IMG/VR virus record: IMGVR_UViG_3300043411_000704
Span: 1 to 64,000 of that record
DNA: 64,000 nucleotides
Origin: a virus
Direction: 5' to 3' (one strand)
Positions 46,561-56,239 of the stretch are shown here, one piece after another (positions within the stretch are counted from its first letter, which is position 1; the number at the start of each line of letters is the position of its first letter). The notes below the pieces were generated by a model. That model was not told where the DNA came from, did no database searches, and worked only from the letters and a program-made list of their open reading frames with translations. The position numbers and the translations under genes are program-made.

Positions 46561-47889
46561 ATGCCTAAATTTGTAAAACCTGAGATTGAAAAAAAGTTTG
46601 TCCCTAAATTTGAACCGCCCAAGTTTTTAATCGACCCCTTTTATAATCCGTGGAAGGACAATGTTTTTAAAAGAACAAACCTTTCCAGGATAATTCATAA
46701 TGCTAAATTAAAGTCTATTAAACTACCACCTCCTGGTGAAAATCTTCCACGAGTTTTACACTATTGTGCAGACCAAGGTGGATGTGCATTTTGGAGGCTT
46801 ATTTTTCCAGGTAATGAATTGCTGGCAAATAATAAAGCCGTGGTTCAGACAATGTATCAAATGCTGGCTGATCCTAGCGTATATAATGGGCTGTCTGCAA
46901 TCCGTTTACAACGGCAATGTAGTGATATTCAATTAGACTTCATTAAACATCTAAGGAATATCTCAGACTCGTTTAAACAACAGGGTAAAGAAGGATTCAA
47001 AATTATATATGAAGTTGATGACCTGATTTCCAATTCTGAAATAACCGACTTCAATCTGTGCAAAGCAGGATTCACTGATCCTAAGATTGTAGAAAATGTT
47101 AAAAACGTTATTCAGTATTGTCACGAAATGGTAGTCCCTTCACAATATATGGCGGATTATTATCGTAAACTACTTAATTACGATAAAATTTCGGTCATAC
47201 CAAATTATGTTCCAAAATATTGGTTTGATAAAGGTGTGACTGTCGAACATTCGGTAAACCGATATATTAAAAATAAAGAAAAACCTCGTATTCTATATGC
47301 AGGTAGTTCGACGCATTTTGATGTTGCAAACCTTAATGGTATGGTTGATGATTTTTATCATGTGAACGACGTAATCCTTCGGGATATTGAAATAGATAAA
47401 AAATATCAATGGATTTTTGTCGGTGGATATCCATATAGACTCAAAAAATATGTGGATGATAAAACTATTAAATATCATAATTGGACCTCCATGACCGAAT
47501 ACCCATCATTATTGAACAGCACTGATGCACAGATTATGCTAGCACCGCTGATGAATAATTCGTTCAATAAAGCAAAGGCGAATATTAAACTAACTGAAGG
47601 TGCTGCACTAGGGATTCCTACGGTTGCTCAGAATCTTGAGTGTTATAATTCAGATGGGTGGAAATATTTGTTTACTACTGGTGAGCAAATGATGGAACAA
47701 ATTACGGCTATATTAGCATCAGAAGACAGTTATAGAAGTGCGGTTACTAATGCTAAACAATATGTCGATAGATATTGGTTAGGAGATCACCTAGATGAAT
47801 GGACTAAGCTCTACACCACACCGTATGGAGACAGTTCAAGAAAAGAACTTACTGATTTTTATGAACGAAACAAAAAACAATTTGAATGA
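46561..47889 (+). CDS. GT-B glycosyltransferase
   Basis: GGCAFWR, QRQ, YEVDD, IPNYVP, GSSTH, APL.NNSFNKAKANIKLTE. Confidence 0.88.
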   Translation: MPKFVKPEIEKKFVPKFEPPKFLIDPFYNPWKDNVFKRTNLSRIIHNAKLKSIKLPPPGENLPRVLHYCADQGGCAFWRLIFPGNELLANNKAVVQTMYQMLADPSVYNGLSAIRLQRQCSDIQLDFIKHLRNISDSFKQQGKEGFKIIYEVDDLISNSEITDFNLCKAGFTDPKIVENVKNVIQYCHEMVVPSQYMADYYRKLLNYDKISVIPNYVPKYWFDKGVTVEHSVNRYIKNKEKPRILYAGSSTHFDVANLNGMVDDFYHVNDVILRDIEIDKKYQWIFVGGYPYRLKKYVDDKTIKYHNWTSMTEYPSLLNSTDAQIMLAPLMNNSFNKAKANIKLTEGAALGIPTVAQNLECYNSDGWKYLFTTGEQMMEQITAILASEDSYRSAVTNAKQYVDRYWLGDHLDEWTKLYTTPYGDSSRKELTDFYERNKKQFE

Positions 47890-47890
47890 T

Positions 47891-48130
47891 ATGAAAGCAA
47901 AACCACCTATATTTCCTCCGAATAGAGTATTCCAAAATCATTGGTTGAATGGTATGACTGAAACCCCTGAATCTATTTTGGCGACTAAAGAATGGAGCGA
48001 TGCAATGAATCACTGTGATACCAAAGCTGTAGAAGCACGTAAAAATCTGGTGTTGGGCTCGTTAATGCAATTGAAACCTGGGACACATGGTGCCAGAATA
48101 TATTCAGAATCTGACCAAAAAACAATTTGA
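47891..48130 (+). CDS. Hypothetical protein flanked by direct repeats
   Basis: ATG at 47891; see findings. Confidence 0.55.
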   Translation: MKAKPPIFPPNRVFQNHWLNGMTETPESILATKEWSDAMNHCDTKAVEARKNLVLGSLMQLKPGTHGARIYSESDQKTI

Positions 48131-48720
48131 CTGATAAATTTATGATAAAAGCACCTAGAATATATAAAAAAGAAGAACTAACTTTCGCCAATGTTGATGG
48201 TAAAGTAGAGGTTTCAGCCGCAGATAATAGTGCAATTCCTATTCTAACATCATTTCAATATGAGGATTTGCAGTTTCCTAAAGTTGATGACATGGTGGTC
48301 GATGAATTCAATATAAAATTTCACCAAGAACAATACCTTCCAAGTATTCTACATAAATTGGCTGACACAGCAGAAGAAATAGCATCACCATTGACATGGA
48401 AACGTGATTTTGATAATGTAGACGCCGATTACATGTCTGAATTGATAGGTGATGCAACCTTTGTGATTGCAACACCGAAAATATGCATAATGATACAACT
48501 CCGAAGAGATTTTGAGCCTCTTGTTATAAACTGCTATCGTCACATACATGAAGTTGGTATGTTATCAACTAAAACCCAAGTGTATAGGGATGTCTTGTAT
48601 CAAGAAATCATCTCCTTTGATAAATCAGATAGTCCGCCCGAATTTTTGATAACCGATACAAAAATGTATTGGATAAGAAAACCTTATAGTGTGTTTGAGA
48701 ATTTGATAAAACCTTTATAA
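48127..48720 (+). CDS. Protein with a gp23/gp24 capsid P-domain-like segment
   Basis: ATFVIATPKI...VGMLS...VYRD resembles gp23 NFII.SP.V...G.L....VY.D. Confidence 0.5.
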   Translation: MTDKFMIKAPRIYKKEELTFANVDGKVEVSAADNSAIPILTSFQYEDLQFPKVDDMVVDEFNIKFHQEQYLPSILHKLADTAEEIASPLTWKRDFDNVDADYMSELIGDATFVIATPKICIMIQLRRDFEPLVINCYRHIHEVGMLSTKTQVYRDVLYQEIISFDKSDSPPEFLITDTKMYWIRKPYSVFENLIKPL

Positions 48721-48864
48721 ATGATCATAAAAAAGACTGATTTGAATGATATTAAATCCTGGAAGACCCGAGATTTATTGAGTGGTAAAATTAAATTTAA
48801 AGATAATCCAGCGCTTTTGTTGAAGATCAAAAAGGAAATTAGAAGAAGAACTAGACAAGGGTGA
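48721..48864 (+). CDS. Small basic protein (47 aa, not in ORF track)
   Basis: ATG immediately after the upstream stop; fills the gap. Confidence 0.5.
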   Translation: MIIKKTDLNDIKSWKTRDLLSGKIKFKDNPALLLKIKKEIRRRTRQG

Positions 48865-48886
48865 TCAGATGTGGTAGATTGATCAA

Positions 48887-51439
48887 ATGAGTTACCGCAA
48901 TTGCTATTTTTGTAGAAAACATTCGACCATCCATCTTTGGAATTACCAATCCGATGGAACGCCTGTAAAAAACGAGTATTTCTTTAAGCCGTATATCTAT
49001 TTACCTGCTGGTAAACCTGATGAGGCACAAATGTGGGGTATTGATGGTGTTCCATTGGTAAAAAAAGAATTTAACTATGAATGGGAGAGACGTAAATTTG
49101 TTGAAGGATATAAAGGAACTGTATATTTTAATTTACCCCCAACACAACAATATTTGTTGGAAAATTATCACCACAAGGATATTAGTGAACTTACACAGTT
49201 TCCGCTAAGAACCTTCTTTTTTGATATCGAAGTTATTGCCGACGAATTTCCGACTGCAAGCGAATCTAAATTTCCATTGACTTCTGTTACAGTATATGAT
49301 TCACAGGCAAAAAAATATTATGTGTGGGGAATCAAACGCTATGATGAATATTCTTGTAAAGATCATTTAGAAGGCATTGAACCTGATGAAATTGTATACG
49401 AATATTGTGCGGATGAGAAATATCTGTTGGTTAAATTTCTAAAATTTTGGAGACGTAATTTTCCAGATTTGATAGTTGGATATAACTCCTCAAGTTTTGA
49501 TGTGCCATATATAGTAGGACGTATTGAAAAGGTTTTGGGTGAAGGAAAGAGTGCCAAACTGTCTCCTGTGGATAGCATATATGGCAAGGAACAGACGAAT
49601 AAATTTGGCCAGTCATATCAAGAATTTTCTATTGGGGGTATTTCTCACATAGACTATATGGTTCTATACAAAACCTTTACTCCAGGCGAACGGGAAAGTG
49701 ATGCACTAGATTATGTGTGTAATGAGGAATTAGGAATTGGTAAACTAGACTATACAGGTGAATCACTATCATCATTAATGCACCGGGATTGGAACAAGTT
49801 CATTAATTACAATATTTGGGATGTAAAACTAATGATTTTGTTGGATGATAAAAGAAAATATTTAGAAATTGCCAAGTTTTCTGCTTTTTCAGGGTTCTGT
49901 AATGTGGATAAAGCATTAGGAAAAGTCGCAATCATTACTGGAGTTCTGGCTAAGCAAGCATTATCAGATGGTAAAATAATCACCACCCAAGATGAAGGTG
50001 AACATGAAACTATTCCTGGTGGATTTGTGAAAATTCCTAAACCTGGAATGTATGAAAGTGTTACAAGTATAGATCTCAATAGTTTGTATCCAAATGTAAT
50101 CATTACACTTAACATTTCCCCTGAGACTAAGCGTGCTAAAGTTGTCAAAAAAGTGGGGGATGACCTAACAGTTTTTTTGTTCCTTGAAAAAAAATATATC
50201 AACTTAAAAATCAATGAATTAATCGTATTTGCTAAAAATAAGGGCTGGTCCATGTCTGCATCAGGAGTGTTATTTGACCAAAAAGTGCAGAGTGTGTGCT
50301 CTAAGTTCGTGGACGGATTATATCAGAAACGAAAAGCGGTCAAAGCTAAAATGCTCAGGCTTGAAGCAGAAAAAAATCAGGATAAAAAGCTGATTTCTCA
50401 ATTAGATACCGAACAATACTTGTATAAAATTCTTTTAAATTCTACATATGGAGTGTTGGCGAACCGTTTTTTTGCATTATATGATATTGATTGTGCCAAA
50501 TCAATCACCACCACAGGACAGGCACTTATCAAAGAATCGGAAAGGCTAACAAATAAAATAATAAATGAAAAATATGATCTAGACCATGATCATGTTTGCG
50601 CAGGTGATACGGATAGTTTATATTTAACACTTGTTAAAGTTCTGGAGAAGTTAGATATTAAAATTGCGGACAGTGAAGGCAATCTGACACCTGAATTTGA
50701 AGAAGTTGAGAATTATATTGTAGATTCCATTAATGACGGTGTTACCGAATGGGCAAAGACTAAATTGAATTCTACTGATCCTCGTTTTGAATTCAAACGA
50801 GAATCGGTATGCCCCAAAGCCATATGGGTTGGAAAAAAACACTATATTCTTCGTATCATCAATAAGGAAGGAGTGAAGATGGATAAGATCAAATACTCTG
50901 GTTTGTCTGTAGTTAAAGCCACATTTTCGGATCAAGTCAAAGCTGTGACTAAGGGCATTGTGAAACAGATAATGGCTGATAATACCAAATCGCAATGTGA
51001 TGCGCTTTTTATTAAAGAATATGAGAATTTTAACAGTTTGGATACCAAATATATTGCTACTAGATCATCTATGAAAGTTCTAGATAAATGGGGCTCACAG
51101 TGTGTTGGATTAAAATCAGTTAAAGGGTGTCCGCGTCATGCCAAGTGGTCGGTTTATCATAACCACCTCAGAAAAGAACTTGGTTTGGAACATAAATACC
51201 CTGAAATTGAAGATGGCAAGAAAATCAAATTGATATATGTAGAACCCAATAAATATAATATTGATGGAATTGCATACCTTGATGAATTTCCTACAGAATT
51301 CGGTTTAAATCCTGATAAAGATAAAATGTTTGAAATATGTGTAATCAAATGTTTACAACCAATTTATGAGGCTATTGGCTGGAAGATTCCCAACCCACAT
51401 ATTCAATATGACAATACGGAGGATGAAGTATTTGGCTAA
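48887..51439 (+). CDS. Family B DNA polymerase (T4 gp43-like)
   Basis: FDIE, GYNSSSFD, YNIWDV exonuclease; DLNSLYP, KILLNSTYG, GDTDS, KKHY polymerase motifs. Confidence 0.97.
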   Translation: MSYRNCYFCRKHSTIHLWNYQSDGTPVKNEYFFKPYIYLPAGKPDEAQMWGIDGVPLVKKEFNYEWERRKFVEGYKGTVYFNLPPTQQYLLENYHHKDISELTQFPLRTFFFDIEVIADEFPTASESKFPLTSVTVYDSQAKKYYVWGIKRYDEYSCKDHLEGIEPDEIVYEYCADEKYLLVKFLKFWRRNFPDLIVGYNSSSFDVPYIVGRIEKVLGEGKSAKLSPVDSIYGKEQTNKFGQSYQEFSIGGISHIDYMVLYKTFTPGERESDALDYVCNEELGIGKLDYTGESLSSLMHRDWNKFINYNIWDVKLMILLDDKRKYLEIAKFSAFSGFCNVDKALGKVAIITGVLAKQALSDGKIITTQDEGEHETIPGGFVKIPKPGMYESVTSIDLNSLYPNVIITLNISPETKRAKVVKKVGDDLTVFLFLEKKYINLKINELIVFAKNKGWSMSASGVLFDQKVQSVCSKFVDGLYQKRKAVKAKMLRLEAEKNQDKKLISQLDTEQYLYKILLNSTYGVLANRFFALYDIDCAKSITTTGQALIKESERLTNKIINEKYDLDHDHVCAGDTDSLYLTLVKVLEKLDIKIADSEGNLTPEFEEVENYIVDSINDGVTEWAKTKLNSTDPRFEFKRESVCPKAIWVGKKHYILRIINKEGVKMDKIKYSGLSVVKATFSDQVKAVTKGIVKQIMADNTKSQCDALFIKEYENFNSLDTKYIATRSSMKVLDKWGSQCVGLKSVKGCPRHAKWSVYHNHLRKELGLEHKYPEIEDGKKIKLIYVEPNKYNIDGIAYLDEFPTEFGLNPDKDKMFEICVIKCLQPIYEAIGWKIPNPHIQYDNTEDEVFG

Positions 51440-51449
51440 ATACCTAGTG

Positions 51450-51734
51450 ATGAAGAAAAAATGGGAAAATTATATATCTAAAATAAAAAGGATATATAAT
51501 ATCATCTTTGAGACCCGTGATTTGGAAGAAATTCGTGCAGATTATTATGCAGCAAAGTGGATTTCTAAAGAAGAATTACGAAGACTGATGAAATATGAGA
51601 TTGAACAACTTACAAATTTGTTAATTGCCGAAAAAGATAGTAGTAAAATATTGTTTGAGAATTTTAATCTGGCAACCATGAGAAATAGTTTTGATATAGA
51701 AGAAAAAACGATAAAAAGTGGAAGAAAATATTGA
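51450..51734 (+). CDS. Hypothetical protein
   Basis: TAAATA at 51437-42, ATG at 51450. Confidence 0.6.
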   Translation: MKKKWENYISKIKRIYNIIFETRDLEEIRADYYAAKWISKEELRRLMKYEIEQLTNLLIAEKDSSKILFENFNLATMRNSFDIEEKTIKSGRKY

Positions 51735-51901
51735 TGCAAAAGAGAAATATAAAATTGATTATGGATGATACCTGTTACGTGTTGAATGACCATGAACCAC
51801 CATTCAGTCTTCTACCAGAAGAAATAAAAGAATTATACCGATTATGTGTAAAATTTAAATACATGCTAGAACCCTGTGATTTTTTTGTGAAAATCACTTG
51901 A
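51734..51901 (+). CDS. Small hypothetical protein (55 aa, not in ORF track)
   Basis: TGATG coupling; open to TGA at 51899-901. Confidence 0.45.
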   Translation: MQKRNIKLIMDDTCYVLNDHEPPFSLLPEEIKELYRLCVKFKYMLEPCDFFVKIT

Positions 51902-51932
51902 AATCATGTTTTTCGTTGTTTAATAAAAGACA

Positions 51933-52292
51933 ATGAGCAAAATAATAGCAATTTATGAAGATGTGGCAAGATTAGTCGTTGGTGAAGTGGTTGAAGAAAC
52001 ACCAGAGTTTTATAAACTTAAAAATCCGGTGATCGCAATGGCAAAATCACCGCAACCCGGACAATTTCAAACTGAATTTATTCCGTATGAAATGGTGAGT
52101 GTTGAACCTCAACCTTTGCCTCTCAGGGCAATGTGTGAAGAATCATATAATGGTATTATGACCTTTCAGAAAAAGGGGTTACGAATGGATAATGTTCCAC
52201 TTAGAGCAGATCTATTGGATGGATATAAGCAAAAAATTGCGGGTCAACCTGTTCAAAAAGCACCTGAAAAGAATATAGTTAAATTATTTTAA
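51933..52292 (+). CDS. Hypothetical protein, possibly Sm-like fold
   Basis: VVGEV.EE....KLKNPV pattern. Confidence 0.65.
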   Translation: MSKIIAIYEDVARLVVGEVVEETPEFYKLKNPVIAMAKSPQPGQFQTEFIPYEMVSVEPQPLPLRAMCEESYNGIMTFQKKGLRMDNVPLRADLLDGYKQKIAGQPVQKAPEKNIVKLF

Positions 52293-52331
52293 TACACAAA
52301 ACCGCAAAAACAATACTAAATAGAAAATCTC

Positions 52332-52598
52332 ATGGCAGAAGAAACAGAAAATACAGAAAATACCGTCAGCGCCAATTCAGTGGTAGCTGAACTATATGCA
52401 GCATATACCGCAGATTATGCAAAGTTCACTGATAAAGGAACTGCACAAGCTGCTGCTCGTGCTCGAAAGGCTCTTTCAGCACTAGGAAAAGCAGTTAAAC
52501 CCGCTCGTAAAGAACTTCAACTTGCAAAGGTTGAGGCGGTCGCAAAGAAACGTGCGGCAAAGGCTGCTGCAAAAGCAGCTACACCGGTTGCAGAATAA
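52332..52598 (+). CDS. Histone H1-like (Hc1-type) protein
   Basis: KF.DKG..AAARARKALS.L.K..K..RKE plus Ala/Lys tail. Confidence 0.75.
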   Translation: MAEETENTENTVSANSVVAELYAAYTADYAKFTDKGTAQAAARARKALSALGKAVKPARKELQLAKVEAVAKKRAAKAAAKAATPVAE

Positions 52599-52622
52599 TA
52601 AGCATATACAAATAATAAAGTT

Positions 52623-52656
52623 AAAACGCAAAGAAGTCAAATTCTTTGCGTTTTTT
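52623..52656 (+). terminator. Rho-independent terminator
   Basis: aaaacgcaaagaa/ttctttgcgtttt plus T-tract. Confidence 0.8.
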
Positions 52657-52697
52657 CTTGAAACGGACTTGACGATTTGTTAAATTGTGCTCTATAT

Positions 52698-53777
52698 ATG
52701 GCAGTCAACAAAGCATTAATTGAAAAAATCAAGAAAAATTCATCAATCAAAGATGTAACGATACTTTCAAATTCCAAATTTTATAACGAAAAAACATTTG
52801 TAAATACAAAAATACCAGCACTCAATATTCTTTTGTCAGGTGACTTGGATAAAGGATGGGGATCAGGATTAACATTTTGGGCAGCAGACTCAAAACATTT
52901 TAAGACCGCATTTGTGCTAACACTGGTGAAAGCATACTTAGATGCAAACGAAGATTCGGTTATTGTGTTTTATGATTCTGAATTTGGTGCGCCTCCACCA
53001 TATTTTACTGCCTTTGGAATTGATACAGATCGTGTTATACACTGTCCCATAACTTGTATAGAGGATTTAAAGTTTGATTTAGTTAAACAACTAAAGGACT
53101 TCAGTAGGGATGATAAAGTTGCGATAATGATTGATTCGATTGGCAATTTGGCATCAACCAAAGAAGTGCAAAATGCAGAGGAACATAATCAGGCTAAAGA
53201 TATGACTCGTGCCCAAGAATTGAAGAGTCTGTGGAGAATGATTACGCCGCATCTAACGATTAAAGATGTGCCAATGGCAGCAATTAATCATGTATACGAG
53301 GAACAGAAGATGTATGGTAAATCAATCATGAGTGGCGGTAAAGGTGGGATCTTGTCATCAGACAATATTTTCTTTATCAGTAAATCACAAGAAAAAGATA
53401 AAACAACCAATGAATTATTGGGTAATAATTTCACCGTAACGGCAGAAAAGAGTAGGTTAATTAAAGAACGATCAAAAATCACCTTCAATGTAACCTTTGA
53501 AGGTGGTATCAACCGTTGGAGCGGTCTGCTAGATATTGCACTGGATTCTGGTCATGTAGTTAAACCTAAAATGGGGTGGTATGCAAGAGTCCTGAACGGT
53601 AAACAAGAGGAAACTCTATACAGAGAGAAAAATACCAATACGGAAGATTTTTGGAAACCAATTCTTGCAGATCCAACCTTTAAGGAATTTGTGAAGGAAA
53701 GTTTCTCATTAGGACAAGTTGAAATGATTCAGGATAAATCCGCAACCGAAATCGCAGAAGAATTGGGCGAAGAATAA
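52698..53777 (+). CDS. uvsX: UvsX RecA-like recombinase
   Basis: LNILLSG, SKHFKT, YDSEFG, IDSIGNLAS.KE, DMTRA, SGG.G. Confidence 0.95.
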   Translation: MAVNKALIEKIKKNSSIKDVTILSNSKFYNEKTFVNTKIPALNILLSGDLDKGWGSGLTFWAADSKHFKTAFVLTLVKAYLDANEDSVIVFYDSEFGAPPPYFTAFGIDTDRVIHCPITCIEDLKFDLVKQLKDFSRDDKVAIMIDSIGNLASTKEVQNAEEHNQAKDMTRAQELKSLWRMITPHLTIKDVPMAAINHVYEEQKMYGKSIMSGGKGGILSSDNIFFISKSQEKDKTTNELLGNNFTVTAEKSRLIKERSKITFNVTFEGGINRWSGLLDIALDSGHVVKPKMGWYARVLNGKQEETLYREKNTNTEDFWKPILADPTFKEFVKESFSLGQVEMIQDKSATEIAEELGEE

Positions 53778-53794
53778 GTAAAAAGAACATTAAT

Positions 53795-54097
53795 ATGATA
53801 AAAGCGACATTAAAATCAACAGGATGGCGGGCAGACGAACCAAAAACAAATGAATATCTGATCGAAGAAGATAAAGTAGCATTTGATAAATTAGAAAACA
53901 ACGGAACAAAAACACCCGTCACCTTTGGCGAACTGTATAATGTGTATAAAGATAGAAAATCTTATACTAAAGTGGATGCAGGATATGAAAAGACTGTTCT
54001 TAACGTTGAAATGTTTGAAAATTGGTTTTTTAAAACATATGTTCCTAAAGGATTATATGACAGAATGATCTCCGTAAAATTTGAAAAAGTAGGATGA
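53795..54097 (+). CDS. Hypothetical protein (paralog A)
   Basis: Aligns by eye with 54094-54399. Confidence 0.7.
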   Translation: MIKATLKSTGWRADEPKTNEYLIEEDKVAFDKLENNGTKTPVTFGELYNVYKDRKSYTKVDAGYEKTVLNVEMFENWFFKTYVPKGLYDRMISVKFEKVG

Positions 54098-54399
54098 TTA
54101 AATCTGTAATAACATTATCGTCAATGTTTGTTGATAAACCTAAAACAATAGAAATTCTGTTGAACGATAATGATGTGGCAATGGAACATCTGGATGAAGC
54201 AACGGGTTCAAAAGTAAAAACTACGGTTGGTCAACTGTTTGACCTTTACAAACGACGGAGTGTGTATTACAATGATGGCCGCGAAGTGGATTCACAGATA
54301 ACGCCTGATGTTTTTGAACAATGGTTTTATTTCAAACATATAAACGGAAAAGCATTTAGTCAAAGAATTTTAAAAATTGAACATCAACGAATAAAATGA
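54094..54399 (+). CDS. Hypothetical protein (paralog B)
   Basis: Shared MIK..., PKT.E.L, VA, T.G.L...YK.R, FE.WF. Confidence 0.7.
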   Translation: MIKSVITLSSMFVDKPKTIEILLNDNDVAMEHLDEATGSKVKTTVGQLFDLYKRRSVYYNDGREVDSQITPDVFEQWFYFKHINGKAFSQRILKIEHQRIK

Positions 54400-54809
54400 A
54401 AGCACAAAATAAATTACGTAGAGAAATAATGTTGTATGCAGCAACAGATGCCAATTACTTACCATATAAAGATGTATCAAATTATACGACTGATATAGAT
54501 GTTGAAAATACTTGGACGCATTTTATCGAAGAACACCATTCTTATGGCCCACAAGATGTGATAACTGATTTTAGATATCAGGGCGAAGATTCAAATTGTA
54601 ATTCCAAAGAATGGTCTCGACACTATGACCATGAAGAACGAGCAGTTCAGTGTTGCGATGGATCATGGGTAGGTTACACTTTTTGGTCAGGCGGCGGCAA
54701 TCATGGAACACCTGAAGAAATTGATTATATATCAGATGCATATGATATTGTGGTAGAAAAAGAATATAAAATTATTAAACGCGAATTTAAAAGAGTTGAT
54801 GAAAAATAA
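54396..54809 (+). CDS. Conserved-type phage hypothetical protein
   Basis: SRHY....A....DGSWVG.T.W.GGG.HG.PEEID. Confidence 0.75.
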   Translation: MKAQNKLRREIMLYAATDANYLPYKDVSNYTTDIDVENTWTHFIEEHHSYGPQDVITDFRYQGEDSNCNSKEWSRHYDHEERAVQCCDGSWVGYTFWSGGGNHGTPEEIDYISDAYDIVVEKEYKIIKREFKRVDEK

Positions 54810-54993
54810 ATATTTCTTTGACCAAGATGATGATTGTCATTGGTATTTGATTGACAACGATATGCGATTTGAATGGTTCCAATGGAAGGAATTAGCAAGT
54901 AACACAACAGAAAGTCTAAGCACCCCTTATTTTGCACAGGCACTAGGTTGTAATCCATCTAGATATGTGTTTGAAAACCCTGATAAGTTATGA
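54799..54993 (+). CDS. Hypothetical protein
   Basis: QDDDCHWY motif; coupled. Confidence 0.65.
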   Translation: MKNKYFFDQDDDCHWYLIDNDMRFEWFQWKELASNTTESLSTPYFAQALGCNPSRYVFENPDKL

Positions 54994-55187
54994 AAACCGA
55001 AACTGTAGAACAGAGCTTAGACCATGCTATATGGGATGCAAAATGTGATTTTGAGGAATCAATGATGTTGCGACGAGTTTATAAAAAACTTGGTAATACC
55101 ACAATATCTGACTTTTGCGAAAAAGGTGCAAGAAAATACTTACAAAGAATTAGAAATTTTAAAAAACTAAAACAATTAATAAAATGA
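54990..55187 (+). CDS. Hypothetical protein
   Basis: ATGA coupling. Confidence 0.55.
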   Translation: MKTETVEQSLDHAIWDAKCDFEESMMLRRVYKKLGNTTISDFCEKGARKYLQRIRNFKKLKQLIK

Positions 55188-55540
55188 ATAAATTCAAATG
55201 TGTAAATTGTGGATATATTGGTGAAACAGATAATAATTTCTTTATCTTATGTCCTAAATGTCTTGTCGTGACAGAAAAACAAGAGGCGGAGTTATCAACT
55301 ATGAATAATGGTGTGACAGGGCTAGTATATAAGTGTCCTGACTATGATCAACATCAATTGAATGATGAAGAAAAATCGTTGATAGATAATGGTCGAAAAA
55401 TTGATGCAATCAAATTACTACGAAATAGGTATTATAATGAAGGGCGTTCGTTGGGATTGGCCGAGGCTAAAGCCGTGTGTGATGCATATGATGGTCCATC
55501 ACTAAGTTACTCAACTAAATTCGGAGGTTTAAGCGGTTAG
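55184..55540 (+). CDS. Zn-ribbon plus ribosomal L7/L12 C-terminal-like domain protein
   Basis: CVNC..CPKC; KIDAIKLLR...LGLAEAKAVCD. Confidence 0.7.
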   Translation: MNKFKCVNCGYIGETDNNFFILCPKCLVVTEKQEAELSTMNNGVTGLVYKCPDYDQHQLNDEEKSLIDNGRKIDAIKLLRNRYYNEGRSLGLAEAKAVCDAYDGPSLSYSTKFGGLSG

Positions 55541-55541
55541 T

Positions 55542-55781
55542 ATGGAATGGACCCAAGAAGAAATATTGGATTGGTTGTCTAAAAAAGATCGACTGATACG
55601 CATTGGATGGGGTGTGCATCATTTTAATGGATCTGGTGATATTCTATATAATGTGGAACATACGGGTAATGTATATGAAATATGGTGTGTATATACGCCA
55701 TGGGAAACTCCTTCAGAATTTTGGCTTACACCTAAGTTAAAAAGTATTGGAATTCAACTGGAACTAAATTTTAATGTCTAA
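55542..55781 (+). CDS. Hypothetical protein
   Basis: 79-aa ORF. Confidence 0.6.
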   Translation: MEWTQEEILDWLSKKDRLIRIGWGVHHFNGSGDILYNVEHTGNVYEIWCVYTPWETPSEFWLTPKLKSIGIQLELNFNV

Positions 55782-55879
55782 AATAGACCTAGATTTTGTA
55801 AGCACTGGTTCTCACATGAACACCTAATAGTTTAATGCAAAGAATGCTCTCAGTAAAATATCAAAAAGTAAAATAATTT

Positions 55880-56239
55880 ATGTTCAAAATGTTTGACAAC
55901 CTGTTCTATTCTGTATTAGAAAAAACTAAACATTCACAAAAGGATCGGATACCATCGGCGAGGCTCCCCTCTACGCTAATACAACACCAATGCAAAAATT
56001 GTGGTGCAAGTCTAAATGATTTGAATACCAGTATAATTGTTTGCGAATATTGTAAATCTAGGTATGAAAATAATAAGATTACTGATAAATTTTACAGTGC
56101 TCATGTAGGAACAGATGCAGGAAGGTTATCAGGATTATGTCAAAAAGATTTAAGCGCAACAGAATTTGCACTAAGCGGGAATTACTATGATCCTAAACAA
56201 ATGTTAGAAAATTACTGGTTCCCAAAAAATAATGAGTAA
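55880..56239 (+). CDS. Zn-ribbon hypothetical protein
   Basis: CKNCGA...CEYC. Confidence 0.6.
   Translation: MFKMFDNLFYSVLEKTKHSQKDRIPSARLPSTLIQHQCKNCGASLNDLNTSIIVCEYCKSRYENNKITDKFYSAHVGTDAGRLSGLCQKDLSATEFALSGNYYDPKQMLENYWFPKNNE

Noticed and set aside
52698-53777. Inactive UvsX because the P-loop reads AADSKHFKT
   Set aside because: UvsX proteins have a non-canonical SKxFK(S/T) loop; the catalytic K-T and Walker B are intact
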